This document shows positions 20,519 through 29,410 of a stretch of DNA of 64,000 bases, in pieces. The stretch's first letter is position 1. Every line of letters begins with the position of its first letter. The notes under the pieces are model-generated. The model had not been told where the DNA came from. It was given only the letters and a program-made list of their open reading frames with translations, and did not search any database. A program made the position numbers and the translations under genes. This DNA comes from a virus. Location: IMG/VR virus record IMGVR_UViG_3300037458_001730, positions 32,056-96,055 of that record; one strand, written 5' to 3'.

Positions 20519-22263
20519 ATACTTTTTTGATTTATAATTTGTTTGAAATAATTATGCCACATATAATCTTCAGGTATAACATATTTCTTGGCAGTTTCGA
20601 AATTCTCTTTAATTGCGTCCATTTTAGAAATATAAAAATTTTCATCACATTTATCAAGAATAGATGATAATTCTGAGGCATTATTAAAATTGATTATTCC
20701 ATCTATATTAAAATACTTACCTATATTTCCACCGCACCCCCAATATATTGGCACTGTGCCAGTCATTATACAATCAATTAATTTTTCACTAAATAAATCA
20801 GGGCAATTATCTTGCTCTATAACAATTGAAAATCTATAGTCTCTTAAAGCTTCTATTTTATTTTGTACGAATTTGTATCCGCCGCCATAAAGATCATCTA
20901 TTTTGCTTCTGTATAAATCAATAACTTCATGTCTCAATTTATGTCCAGAGGTTGTTTTTTTTATGGATGCTATTATTGAAATGTTTTTTGTTTTTTCATG
21001 TATTTTTTGATCTTCTTTTAAAATCCAGCACCCACCAAAAACATAATACTTAAATTTTTCTGGGTTTAAATTAATAAGTTCTTGATTAAAAGTTAAAATA
21101 TATTCAAATTTGTTATAATTTTCTGGTTGTCTGATATATTCATATGGTTTCATATTGCTACCAGGCGCTTCAATTATAAAACCAATTTTGTGCTTTTCTT
21201 TGTATAAATCTACGCTGGACAACATATCTTCTGAAAAAACAACAAGATCGTTTATGTTTTCATTACCTCTATACCAATCAAAATTTTCTGGTGGTATTTG
21301 TAAATCTCCAGTACCGAAACTTTTACCATGAGCGAATTGGTTGTCTACAAGCTTTATTTTAACTTTTTCCATTTTATTGGTGTTGAATTCTTTTAGGATA
21401 TCTGATTTTTTATTTATAAACAAAATCTTTTCACCATCCTCACTATTTTCAAAAGCATGATAAATGCGTTTCATTTCATCAATTTTTGGGTTGTCGTAAT
21501 AAGTTGGTCTATGATTCATGTGAAATATATCAATTTGAGGATTGTCACAAATATCCATTTTGCTTATAGCGTCAATTTTTTTCCAAAAAAAAGAATCTTC
21601 TGGAGCATTTGCCTGGAAAAGTTCTGGATCGTATCCACCAACATTAAAAAACAACTCCCTTTCAACATAAATAGAGCCACCAGGTGCGCCAATATAATAT
21701 GGCAAACTAATACCTGGGTTTCCCAACTTTAGGCTATCTATATCAATTTCTTTTTTTAAAACCGAATTGGTTAAATTTTCATCTAAATATAAAACTCTTC
21801 TACCGTGAAAACATTGTATTGCTTTTGAAGATTTGCTTTTAATGTTTTTTAAAAGCTTTTCAAAGAAATCGCTCTGTATTAAACAGTCTATGTCGTGAAA
21901 TAAATATGATTTTGATATAACTGAAAATAAAGCTCCAAAATTTAAACAAAGACACTTGTTGAATAGTTGGTTTTCTTCAGATTTTATCCAGATATAATTT
22001 ATTTTGTTTTTTTTACAAAATTTTGAGTGTTCTGGTATGTGAGAAAACTCAACAACAGTATAAGATATTTTAAGATCAACATTAGATGCAGCTTTACAAA
22101 AACTGCTATACATAGCATCAGCAAAATTAATTCTGCCGCGAACAGGTACAATAAAGTTTATATCAAAAACAGTTTTTGTGTCGTATATAATTATAATGCT
22201 GTCATCTTTTATGACATTATAATTTATTTTACCTTTTTCTAGAAAACTATATATTTCTTTCAT
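20515..22263 (-). CDS. Bifunctional glycosyltransferase: N-terminal GT2/GT7-like domain plus C-terminal GT10-like domain
   Basis: N-half FNKCLCLNFG, FHDID, VGGYDPEL..PEDSFF; C-half YRFSIVIEQ...FSEKLIDC..TGTVPIYWG. Confidence 0.8.
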   Translation of the reverse strand: MKEIYSFLEKGKINYNVIKDDSIIIIYDTKTVFDINFIVPVRGRINFADAMYSSFCKAASNVDLKISYTVVEFSHIPEHSKFCKKNKINYIWIKSEENQLFNKCLCLNFGALFSVISKSYLFHDIDCLIQSDFFEKLLKNIKSKSSKAIQCFHGRRVLYLDENLTNSVLKKEIDIDSLKLGNPGISLPYYIGAPGGSIYVERELFFNVGGYDPELFQANAPEDSFFWKKIDAISKMDICDNPQIDIFHMNHRPTYYDNPKIDEMKRIYHAFENSEDGEKILFINKKSDILKEFNTNKMEKVKIKLVDNQFAHGKSFGTGDLQIPPENFDWYRGNENINDLVVFSEDMLSSVDLYKEKHKIGFIIEAPGSNMKPYEYIRQPENYNKFEYILTFNQELINLNPEKFKYYVFGGCWILKEDQKIHEKTKNISIIASIKKTTSGHKLRHEVIDLYRSKIDDLYGGGYKFVQNKIEALRDYRFSIVIEQDNCPDLFSEKLIDCIMTGTVPIYWGCGGNIGKYFNIDGIINFNNASELSSILDKCDENFYISKMDAIKENFETAKKYVIPEDYMWHNYFKQIINQKSI

Positions 22264-23012
22264 TATTTGTAAGAGCTTATTGGCTGCAAATTTGGTTTAT
22301 TACTTACCTCTTGATGTACGGCCCACTGCCAAGCTTGGTCCACCTTGTCTTCTGAAATTGGGTTACTTCTGTTATAGATATACAAAATTTCGTCTACAAA
22401 TTTTGCCTTTTCATATGGCGTTAAGTTTAACAAACAAAACATCATTGCTGTGTCATAACTCATACGATAAAATTTCCCCTCTTTATCTTTTAATCTGCTG
22501 AAATTTGGGTCTTGTTCTTTTATTTTTTGGTAAACTCCAGCTCTCCAAGTTCTTAAGTGTGATATTTTAAACGGAGCCTTTCTCACATTAGCGTATTCTT
22601 CTGGTGTATAAAAAGTGGCAAAACCACGTCTACCATCAGTCCATGATGCTTGCCCCCAGGTAACCCAACAATCGTTTTCATTATATATATCATTAACTCT
22701 AGATAAAACATTTCTGGTTGGAAACCAATCATCCCCATCAAGTATAACTACAATATCATCTTTTTCACAATGATCCATAACAGCGATATGAATGTTTTCA
22801 AGAGCTGTTTTTCTTTCTGTGTTCCGCATTATTTTAACGCGAGAGTCATCTTTGGGTAATTTATCATAAGAACCATCAGTTGAACAGTCGTCAATAAAAA
22901 TAACTTCAAAGTTTTCATATTTTTGACTCATAATTGATGCGATGCATTTTTCTAAGAATTCACCTGGGTTATAAAATGGTGTAATTACCTTAATCTTGTT
23001 TTTCATATTCAA
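22263..23012 (-). CDS. GT2 glycosyltransferase (paralog of 18883-19644)
   Basis: ITPFYN, FIDDCSTDGS, LDGDDWF, SHLRTW, LYIYNRSN. Confidence 0.9.
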   Translation of the reverse strand: MNMKNKIKVITPFYNPGEFLEKCIASIMSQKYENFEVIFIDDCSTDGSYDKLPKDDSRVKIMRNTERKTALENIHIAVMDHCEKDDIVVILDGDDWFPTRNVLSRVNDIYNENDCWVTWGQASWTDGRRGFATFYTPEEYANVRKAPFKISHLRTWRAGVYQKIKEQDPNFSRLKDKEGKFYRMSYDTAMMFCLLNLTPYEKAKFVDEILYIYNRSNPISEDKVDQAWQWAVHQEVSNKPNLQPISSYK

Positions 23013-23598
23013 TTTTGTTTATTATTTTTTCAAGTTTTAAAATTAGCTCTTTTTCTATTTTTTCTTCAACTTTAAAAGTTGGATAAATACACTCTATTCT
23101 GGAACATGTTGATTCTGGGTCTGCAAGATATAAAAATGTAAAACCAGGTATCTGTATTGTTTCAGATAGTTTTTTTACTATATCTGGAATATCTTTTGGA
23201 TCTGCGTTTTTGACTGCAATATAAACAGCGACCAATATTTGGTCTTGAATTGGTGTTAATAAATTTAACAACCTGGTCTTTTCTTTTTGAGACTCTTCAA
23301 GCAATCTTTTGTATTCAAGTTTTAATTTTATTCCTGGGGTCGGTAAATCACCGTCATATTTACCTCTTATCATACTAAGTGTTTCTTTGCATAAAGCATA
23401 AAAAAAACACTCAATCCAATAATCTCTCATTGATTCTAGTTTGTTTTCTTCAATCTTTGAGGCGTTTGAATATGTTTTCCACTGGGATTTAGCTACATCT
23501 AAAATATCTTTAAAAGACTCATAAGTAATTTCAACATTTACAGTTGGTTCTCCAAGTAAGCTTTTTGCTTTTTCTATAATGCTTTTAATTTCTAACAT
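22990..23598 (-). CDS. Truncated paralog of the gp13-like neck protein with an unrelated C-terminal extension
   Basis: LLGEPTVNVEI and ALCKETLSMIRGKYDGDLPTPG match FLGEPVLQVEL and ALSKESLGIGIRGKFNGTLPIPG of the gene at 43066. Confidence 0.7.
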   Translation of the reverse strand: MLEIKSIIEKAKSLLGEPTVNVEITYESFKDILDVAKSQWKTYSNASKIEENKLESMRDYWIECFFYALCKETLSMIRGKYDGDLPTPGIKLKLEYKRLLEESQKEKTRLLNLLTPIQDQILVAVYIAVKNADPKDIPDIVKKLSETIQIPGFTFLYLADPESTCSRIECIYPTFKVEEKIEKELILKLEKIINKIEYEKQD

Positions 23599-23600
23599 TG

Positions 23601-24233
23601 TTATTTGTTTTTTATTGTTTGTTCTACGCTGTTTATGTTAGAAAAATCTAGTTCATCTAACACTGGAAAATCTGGGGTTGATACATCTTTTACATTTACT
23701 AAAACACTTTGTTTGTAAGAAGCCATCTTTTCTCTTGGTAGAAACTCAAAGATTTGAAGACCTTCTTCGAGTTTTGATGGGTTGGTGAACGGGACTTTTT
23801 TTATTAGTTTTAAAAGTTCTTTTGTTCTAAATATATGGCCATTTATAGATAAGGGAAAGCCAAAATCTAAATAATGTTTGGACCATTCCCATTTCATAAT
23901 ATTACCTGTTATTTCCTGGCCATGTAAGTTATTAACCATTTCAAAAAGACTGCAATAAGTTGTGTTTTCTCCAAGTCTAAGAGAAAAACAAATTACATCA
24001 TCATCAGATAACGCGTTAACAATATCTTCTTCTTGTATCTTGTTGAAAAGAATATTGCTTTTTGTAAAAAGAGCTGTGTGTTCTTTGTCGCTATCTATGG
24101 CTTTTAAAACATCTTCTTTAAAGTTAGGCGTATTTTTAATTTCTGTGCATTGAAAAATTCCTTTAGCGTTTTTTTCTAAACTTTCTAAAAACAAACCGTA
24201 ATTATCTTCTCCAAAAACAACAGCGTTTATCAT
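23601..24233 (-). CDS. Hypothetical protein, possibly a degenerate GT-A
   Basis: 210 aa with FSLRLG and GFPLSINGHIFR; lies in the glycan operon. Confidence 0.55.
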   Translation of the reverse strand: MINAVVFGEDNYGLFLESLEKNAKGIFQCTEIKNTPNFKEDVLKAIDSDKEHTALFTKSNILFNKIQEEDIVNALSDDDVICFSLRLGENTTYCSLFEMVNNLHGQEITGNIMKWEWSKHYLDFGFPLSINGHIFRTKELLKLIKKVPFTNPSKLEEGLQIFEFLPREKMASYKQSVLVNVKDVSTPDFPVLDELDFSNINSVEQTIKNK

Positions 24234-24538
24234 GCAATAAGTTTTAAAATATCTTCCTTTGTTTTTAAACCAACAAATTTATTCACGATTTCTCCGCTTT
24301 TAAATATGTAAACGGTTGGAATGCTTCTTATACCGTATTGCATTGATAGATCTGAGTTGCTATCTACATCTACTTTTACAATCTGTAGTTCTGGATTTTC
24401 CTCGGCTATCTTGTCGAGTATTGGACTTAATGTCCTGCATGGACCACACCATGTTGCCCAAAAATCTACGATAGTTATCTTTTCGCTTGAAATTAGGTCT
24501 TTAAAATTGTCATTTGTGCCTTCTTTTATATTTTCCAT
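24230..24538 (-). CDS. trxA: Thioredoxin
   Basis: VDFWATWCGPC active site and IRSIPT. Confidence 0.97.
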   Translation of the reverse strand: MENIKEGTNDNFKDLISSEKITIVDFWATWCGPCRTLSPILDKIAEENPELQIVKVDVDSNSDLSMQYGIRSIPTVYIFKSGEIVNKFVGLKTKEDILKLIA

Positions 24539-24646
24539 GAGTTTTCTGTTTTTTGATATATTTATTATTGTGTTATTGAGATAAAAAATATCTTAATAAA
24601 AGCGAAAAATCAAATTTTTTAGAATATTTATTAAAAAAGATTCAAT

Positions 24647-25006
24647 ATGCCAACTAAAAAAATAGGTCCTGAAACATTAAAAAAGGCCATAATCGAAGAA
24701 GCTCTTAGAGTAAAAAGAAAAGCAGAGATTTACCAAGAAGCTCTTAAATTAAATTCTGAGTTAGCTAAACTTAATGAAAACATGGGCATGATTGCAAGTT
24801 TTGGTTTTAAAACACCAAATGATGCTTCTAATCATACCAAAAATGGTTTTGTTAATGATAAAAATCTTGCTCACATAACAGATTTAGCCAAAGAAATGGC
24901 TGAAGAACCAAGCCTTCAAGAAGATGTTCTAAACGAAGTCGATAAACTTAAAGAGGAGATCGCTAAGTTAAAACAAGAGAATGAGGAATTGAAAAACAAA
25001 AAATAA
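24647..25006 (+). CDS. Putative prohead core/internal head protein
   Basis: Coiled-coil, LNE sites, TATTTATT motif at 24625-24632. Confidence 0.6.
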   Translation: MPTKKIGPETLKKAIIEEALRVKRKAEIYQEALKLNSELAKLNENMGMIASFGFKTPNDASNHTKNGFVNDKNLAHITDLAKEMAEEPSLQEDVLNEVDKLKEEIAKLKQENEELKNKK

Positions 25007-25033
25007 TTAACCACCCAATAGATTAAAAACATT

Positions 25034-25891
25034 ATGAAAATAACAAAAAAAGAAATAGACCAAATGATAAAGGAAGAATTCCAAAAAATGTGGAAAAAAC
25101 GTACTTTATCTAAAAGATTAAGCGAAATTAATGAATCTCTTAGCCAAATGGAAAAAGAAGATTCTTTGTTAAGCGAGGTTGAAGCTAGCGGAATGCAAAA
25201 AACAAGTTCTGCAACTGGGTTGGTACCTGGAGAGCAACCTGGTGTTAAATTTGATAAATTGAATGCTACAACCTTAAAAGAAGACGGAGTAGAATCAGAT
25301 GGTAACACTCTCGCTGATATGGGTCTTGATGTGGGTGTTGAAAAACCTTCAGAAGTTGAAATGTCTATGGAAAAACCTGCTATGGGAGAATTTGAAGCTA
25401 AATTTGCTGAGTTAGGAAAATCTATTGATGCTAAATTAGCATCTGAAACAGGTGCTGATTCTGATTCAGAAGAAATAAGCGTTGATCTTGACAAAGATTC
25501 TGAGTCTGACGAATTTGAGGAAGTTGAAGTTGATTCTTCTTCTGAGGAAGGTTCTGAAAATGGAGAGTCTGGTGCTGAAGACACAGAAAAAGAAGAAGAA
25601 ATTGATGAAACAAAAGTTGTTTCTGAAATGGAAAAAACTGAAGAGGAAGGCATAGAGGGAAAAAGTGTTGCTCAAGATGCTCCACTTAGCGAGCCAGATG
25701 GCGACATGAAAAAAGATACAGTTGTAAACGAAAGCGAAGAAAAAGAAGCTAAAGTTATCACAGAAGTATCTGCGCCTAAAAATAAAAATATTTTCTTAGA
25801 AGGTATAGATTCTGAAAAACAAGCTAAAATTTTAGCTGAACAAAAAAGAATGAGAAAATTTGCTGGATTAAGCAACGAAGACGAAGAATAA
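25034..25891 (+). CDS. Acidic scaffold-like internal head protein
   Basis: MKITKKEIDQMIKEE N-terminus, Glu/Asp-rich, C-terminal RMRKFAGL similar to the scaffold C-terminus. Confidence 0.6.
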   Translation: MKITKKEIDQMIKEEFQKMWKKRTLSKRLSEINESLSQMEKEDSLLSEVEASGMQKTSSATGLVPGEQPGVKFDKLNATTLKEDGVESDGNTLADMGLDVGVEKPSEVEMSMEKPAMGEFEAKFAELGKSIDAKLASETGADSDSEEISVDLDKDSESDEFEEVEVDSSSEEGSENGESGAEDTEKEEEIDETKVVSEMEKTEEEGIEGKSVAQDAPLSEPDGDMKKDTVVNESEEKEAKVITEVSAPKNKNIFLEGIDSEKQAKILAEQKRMRKFAGLSNEDEE

Positions 25892-25893
25892 AA

Positions 25894-26565
25894 ATGAAAA
25901 TTACAAATAAAGACCAACTTTTGGAATTTATTAGAAAAGAAAGCCTTAAGATATTAAATCAAGAGGCTTTTTCTTCTAATGAACAGGAGCTAGATGTTTT
26001 AACAGATTCTAAAATTGAAACAATTAAGGACAAGTTAAAAGATTTAGAAGATGGCTTTATTGATGTTAACGAAAAAAGACTTAGCAAGTTAGAAAAAGAC
26101 GAAGATTCTGCTCGCGAAAAAGAGGAATACGTAGAACTTCAAAAAGTTAAAAAAGAGAAAGCTGTAGTTTTAGACAAATTAATACTTTCTTATCAAAAGA
26201 AAATAGAATATTTATCTCAAACAAGAGATATATTAAACAACGAACTAAAAGAACTTGGTATAAAAGGAAGCAGTGTTTTTCAAAACAAGGAAATGAGCGA
26301 ATTTGTAAACGACGAAAACGTTCCTAATAATACTGTTATTAAAATAAACACAGTTAGTTCAGAACTTGTGTTGAAAAAGGTTTCAAACAATAGTTTTTTG
26401 GTAGTTTCAACAACAGCTCCAGGAGTTAAAAGTGGCGATATTGTTAAGTTGTCGCCATATTTAAAAGTTGGTTATCAGGCAAATATAGATATATTTAGAG
26501 ATAATAAGCCGCTAACAAAATCAATAATAAACAATGTAACTAAGATAACAAAAAACCCAAGCTAA
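25894..26565 (+). CDS. Hypothetical protein (putative internal head protein)
   Basis: MKITNKDQLLEFIRKES N-terminal motif; coiled coil followed by a beta-rich C-terminus. Confidence 0.65.
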   Translation: MKITNKDQLLEFIRKESLKILNQEAFSSNEQELDVLTDSKIETIKDKLKDLEDGFIDVNEKRLSKLEKDEDSAREKEEYVELQKVKKEKAVVLDKLILSYQKKIEYLSQTRDILNNELKELGIKGSSVFQNKEMSEFVNDENVPNNTVIKINTVSSELVLKKVSNNSFLVVSTTAPGVKSGDIVKLSPYLKVGYQANIDIFRDNKPLTKSIINNVTKITKNPS

Positions 26566-26578
26566 ACTTGGGTTTTTT
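26551..26578. terminator. Bidirectional intrinsic terminator
   Basis: AAAAACCCAAG-ctaaa-CTTGGGTTTTT between convergent genes. Confidence 0.8.
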
Positions 26579-26747
26579 ATTTTAAAAGTTCTCGGCCATC
26601 TTCTATGACAACTTTTTGATCTAATCTCTCTATGATGTCATTGGAGTTTGAACTTATTTTTTTTATCTGTTCTTTTGGCTCTTCTTTTTTATTTGGAGAT
26701 ATCAAATCTCTTGATGATGTCTTTTTATTTTTGGATTCTTCTAGCAT
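26577..26747 (-). CDS. 56-aa microprotein ending VIEDGRELLK
   Basis: Not in the ORF track. Manual translation: MLEESKNKKTSSRDLISPNKKEEPKEQIKKISSNSNDIIERLDQKVVIEDGRELLK. Confidence 0.65.
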   Translation of the reverse strand: MLEESKNKKTSSRDLISPNKKEEPKEQIKKISSNSNDIIERLDQKVVIEDGRELLK

Positions 26748-26752
26748 AATAT

Positions 26753-26959
26753 TTAAAAATTTTCGTTTAACATTTCTCTTCCGTCGTTTGTTAAAAGTTT
26801 TTGATCCTCTTTTTGCATAATGTCGTTTTTTGGTTTTTTCATAGACGCAGCTTTTCTTTGAGCTTCCATATAAGCTTCTTGAGGATTTAAAAGTTCATTT
26901 ACAAACTTTTTACTTTTTGGATTTTTGGGGTCCAATTCTGGGTAAAAATATTCTATCAT
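26753..26959 (-). CDS. 68-aa microprotein ending LTNDGREMLNENF
   Basis: Start re-assigned to the ATG at 26959 (MIEYFYPELD), 14 nt downstream of TATTTATA (26974-26981). The track start at 27064 overlaps phoH. Confidence 0.7.
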   Translation of the reverse strand: MIEYFYPELDPKNPKSKKFVNELLNPQEAYMEAQRKAASMKKPKNDIMQKEDQKLLTNDGREMLNENF

Positions 26960-26993
26960 AATAAATTCTTTATTATAAATAGCCTTGTTTTTT

Positions 26994-27767
26994 CTAATTT
27001 CCCTTAATTGTGTCAGTAAACCTACCGCTTTCTTCAAATTCATCAAATCTATCAACAATATCAATCAATATTTGCTCACGGACGATATCGGATCTTTCAA
27101 ATTTAAATATAGCACAACCCTTTATTGGTTCTATTATTTCGTTAAACAGGTTTATAGCAACGAATTTTTTATTGATATCATTCTGCTTAGTGTCTCCCAT
27201 AAATACTATTGTGCTGTTTCTACCTAGCCTTGTAACTATACTTTTTAAAGCTTTTATGTCAAAGTTTTGGAATTCATCTATTATAATAAAAGAATCTTTA
27301 AGTGTTCTTCCTCTTAAAAATTGGGCTGGTTTAAATTCAATAATTTTATCATCCCACAAATGTTTAAAATCTTTTCCTTCAAGCATTTCAGAAAAAGAAT
27401 CAAAAAAAGACTCTGCATAAACAGACATTTTATCATCTAAAGAGCCTGGTAAAGCACCAGTATCTTTTGTTCCAGACAATATTTCAGTTGGTTTACATAA
27501 AACTATTTTTTTGCATTTTCCAGCTATGTAAGCTTGCATTGCGGCATAACAAGAGATAAATGTTTTTGAAGTACCTGGAGGACCAGACACGGTTATAATC
27601 TTGTTGTTAGATAAAATTTTAATTAATTCTTTTTGTTTTTTTGTTAATTCGAAATCCAGTTTTTTAAGCTTTATAAAGTCAGATGCTTCATATTTTTTGG
27701 ATTTATAATTTTCTATTTCTTCTTGAATATACTTTGGGTTTTTCTTTTCTCTAGATTTATGCCTCAT
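26994..27767 (-). CDS. phoH: PhoH-like ATPase
   Basis: GPPGTSKT, GALPG, FLRGRT, IIDEFQN, TRLG, GDTKQND, DIVR. Confidence 0.93.
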   Translation of the reverse strand: MRHKSREKKNPKYIQEEIENYKSKKYEASDFIKLKKLDFELTKKQKELIKILSNNKIITVSGPPGTSKTFISCYAAMQAYIAGKCKKIVLCKPTEILSGTKDTGALPGSLDDKMSVYAESFFDSFSEMLEGKDFKHLWDDKIIEFKPAQFLRGRTLKDSFIIIDEFQNFDIKALKSIVTRLGRNSTIVFMGDTKQNDINKKFVAINLFNEIIEPIKGCAIFKFERSDIVREQILIDIVDRFDEFEESGRFTDTIKGN

Positions 27768-27869
27768 ATAATTTTATCTTTATTAATAAATAAGCTTATT
27801 TTTTAATAATGTAAACAGGTAAACTAAAAAAATAAAAAACAACCTATTTATATGAAAAACACACACAAA

Positions 27870-28925
27870 ATGAACATGCAGCAACTTAAAGACATGATCC
27901 ACGATCAAGTTTCACAAATGAACTTAGAAGGTGTTTTAGACGATTCAGCTATTGAGCAAATAAAACTAAAAGTGATGAGCGCATATAATCACGAGAAAGC
28001 TATAAACGAAATTCCAGAAATTATACCAGAGATGGACGAATCAAATTCTGATGAAAACACTATGTTGGAAAATGAATTTAACGAAAACCCTGAAGTTGTT
28101 GATACAGAGGCAGACTCAGTTCAAATTAATGGACAAAAAATAGATCAGGGAACTAGTGGAAATATACCAGCTCATACGCCAGAGTTGCCTTATTTTTTAG
28201 ACAAAGTACAACCAGGAAAATTAATTATTTTTAATCAAAACGAATTAAGTGAGGGTGGTGAAAATCTTTCAAACAAACCAATTAGAACTTTTGCTGATCC
28301 AGATGTAAAAAAATCAATGCGCGAATTGTGGCTTGAAAATGGTCAAAAAAGAGCTGAGGTATTTCTAAGTAAATTAGAAAAAATAGGAGAATTAGAATAT
28401 GATGTAGCAAATGGAACAACTGTTTTTACAGAAAAAAGATTTGAACCAGATTTTAATATTCAAAATCAATACAAAGAAAATCCTTATGTAGATAAAAATT
28501 CTATGATTTCTTCTGTTCCAAGTGTTGACGATTCTCAAATAGTAAGACAAATAGCTTCGTCTGTAGATCTGCAAAAAACTGTTGAAAATATTGTTTTAAA
28601 AATGCTTCAACAACAAGCTATACAAGCTAACCCTACCTCTAATGTGTTGCACACTGATAATAACATTGATGTTAACAAAGGTGTAAATAAAGCTTTAGAA
28701 GAAAACGCATCTACAACAGATAAAGCATTTGATTTAAAAATGAGAACTGTTGCGGATACATTTCAAAAAGTAGATACTCCAAAACAATTAAAAGAAGCTA
28801 TAGAAAAAGAAGATAAAAGTTTTCTTTTAAGAGAAAACGAAGAGGTTCAAGAGTGGGTTTTTGAAGGTGAAAAATATTATCTCCCAGTGATCAAAATATC
28901 AACAAGGAAATGTTATATTAAATAA
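27870..28925 (+). CDS. Hypothetical protein (putative internal head protein)
   Basis: TATTTATA at 27845-27852 overlaps the track's ATG (27852), which favours the next ATG at 27870 (MNMQQLKDMIHDQV). Confidence 0.65.
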   Translation: MNMQQLKDMIHDQVSQMNLEGVLDDSAIEQIKLKVMSAYNHEKAINEIPEIIPEMDESNSDENTMLENEFNENPEVVDTEADSVQINGQKIDQGTSGNIPAHTPELPYFLDKVQPGKLIIFNQNELSEGGENLSNKPIRTFADPDVKKSMRELWLENGQKRAEVFLSKLEKIGELEYDVANGTTVFTEKRFEPDFNIQNQYKENPYVDKNSMISSVPSVDDSQIVRQIASSVDLQKTVENIVLKMLQQQAIQANPTSNVLHTDNNIDVNKGVNKALEENASTTDKAFDLKMRTVADTFQKVDTPKQLKEAIEKEDKSFLLRENEEVQEWVFEGEKYYLPVIKISTRKCYIK

Positions 28926-28970
28926 GTGTTTATTTTAATTAATAATACATTTAAATTTTAAAAAAAAAGT

Positions 28971-29243
28971 ATGTGGAAAATTAAAAACATAAGCAATAAC
29001 CCCGTTAAAGTAGCGGTTGCTAAATCAAACACAACAACAATAGGTTTAATATTAAATCCAGAAGAATTTTGTGTAGCTGACTCAAGAATGACTACAACAA
29101 TAGATATTCAAGAAAGAAGAAAATTGATTGAGGTAGATAGAGATTTTAAAAACGATCTAAACCTTCAATTATGTGAGCGTTATAGTGAAACAAAGTTAAA
29201 AGAAGCCAGCGAAGCTGTAAAAGATTATAAAAGCGCTGAATAA
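28971..29243 (+). CDS. Hypothetical protein
   Basis: 90-aa ORF with an A-rich leader, followed by a terminator. Confidence 0.7.
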   Translation: MWKIKNISNNPVKVAVAKSNTTTIGLILNPEEFCVADSRMTTTIDIQERRKLIEVDRDFKNDLNLQLCERYSETKLKEASEAVKDYKSAE

Positions 29244-29261
29244 TCTTTCAAAAAATAAAAT

Positions 29262-29290
29262 AAAACCACCTCAAAACGAGGTGGTTTTTT
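29262..29290 (+). terminator. Intrinsic terminator
   Basis: AAAACCACCTC-aaaac-GAGGTGGTTTTTT. Confidence 0.85.
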
Positions 29291-29410
29291 GTTTTATAAA
29301 ACAAAACAAATAATTGAACAAAAAAGTCAGAATAAACCCTTTATTATTTAGCAATAACGTTATATGTTTAATAAACTAAAAAGAAATTGAACATATAAAA
29401 CAAAAAACAA

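Noticed and set aside
8583-24233. Bacterial O-antigen/capsule locus or Nod-factor cluster
   Set aside because: No wzx, wzy, wzz, ABC exporter or initiating transferase, and no nodABC. The cluster is continuous with phage genes and contains a neck-protein paralog.
24916-25917. Long antisense ORFs (24916-25653, also 36413-37294, 35128-35502, 27010-27420)
   Set aside because: They are shadows of Glu/Lys-rich sense genes (Ser/Phe-rich translations) with no motifs or promoters. The other short overlapping ORFs in the track were dismissed for the same reason.
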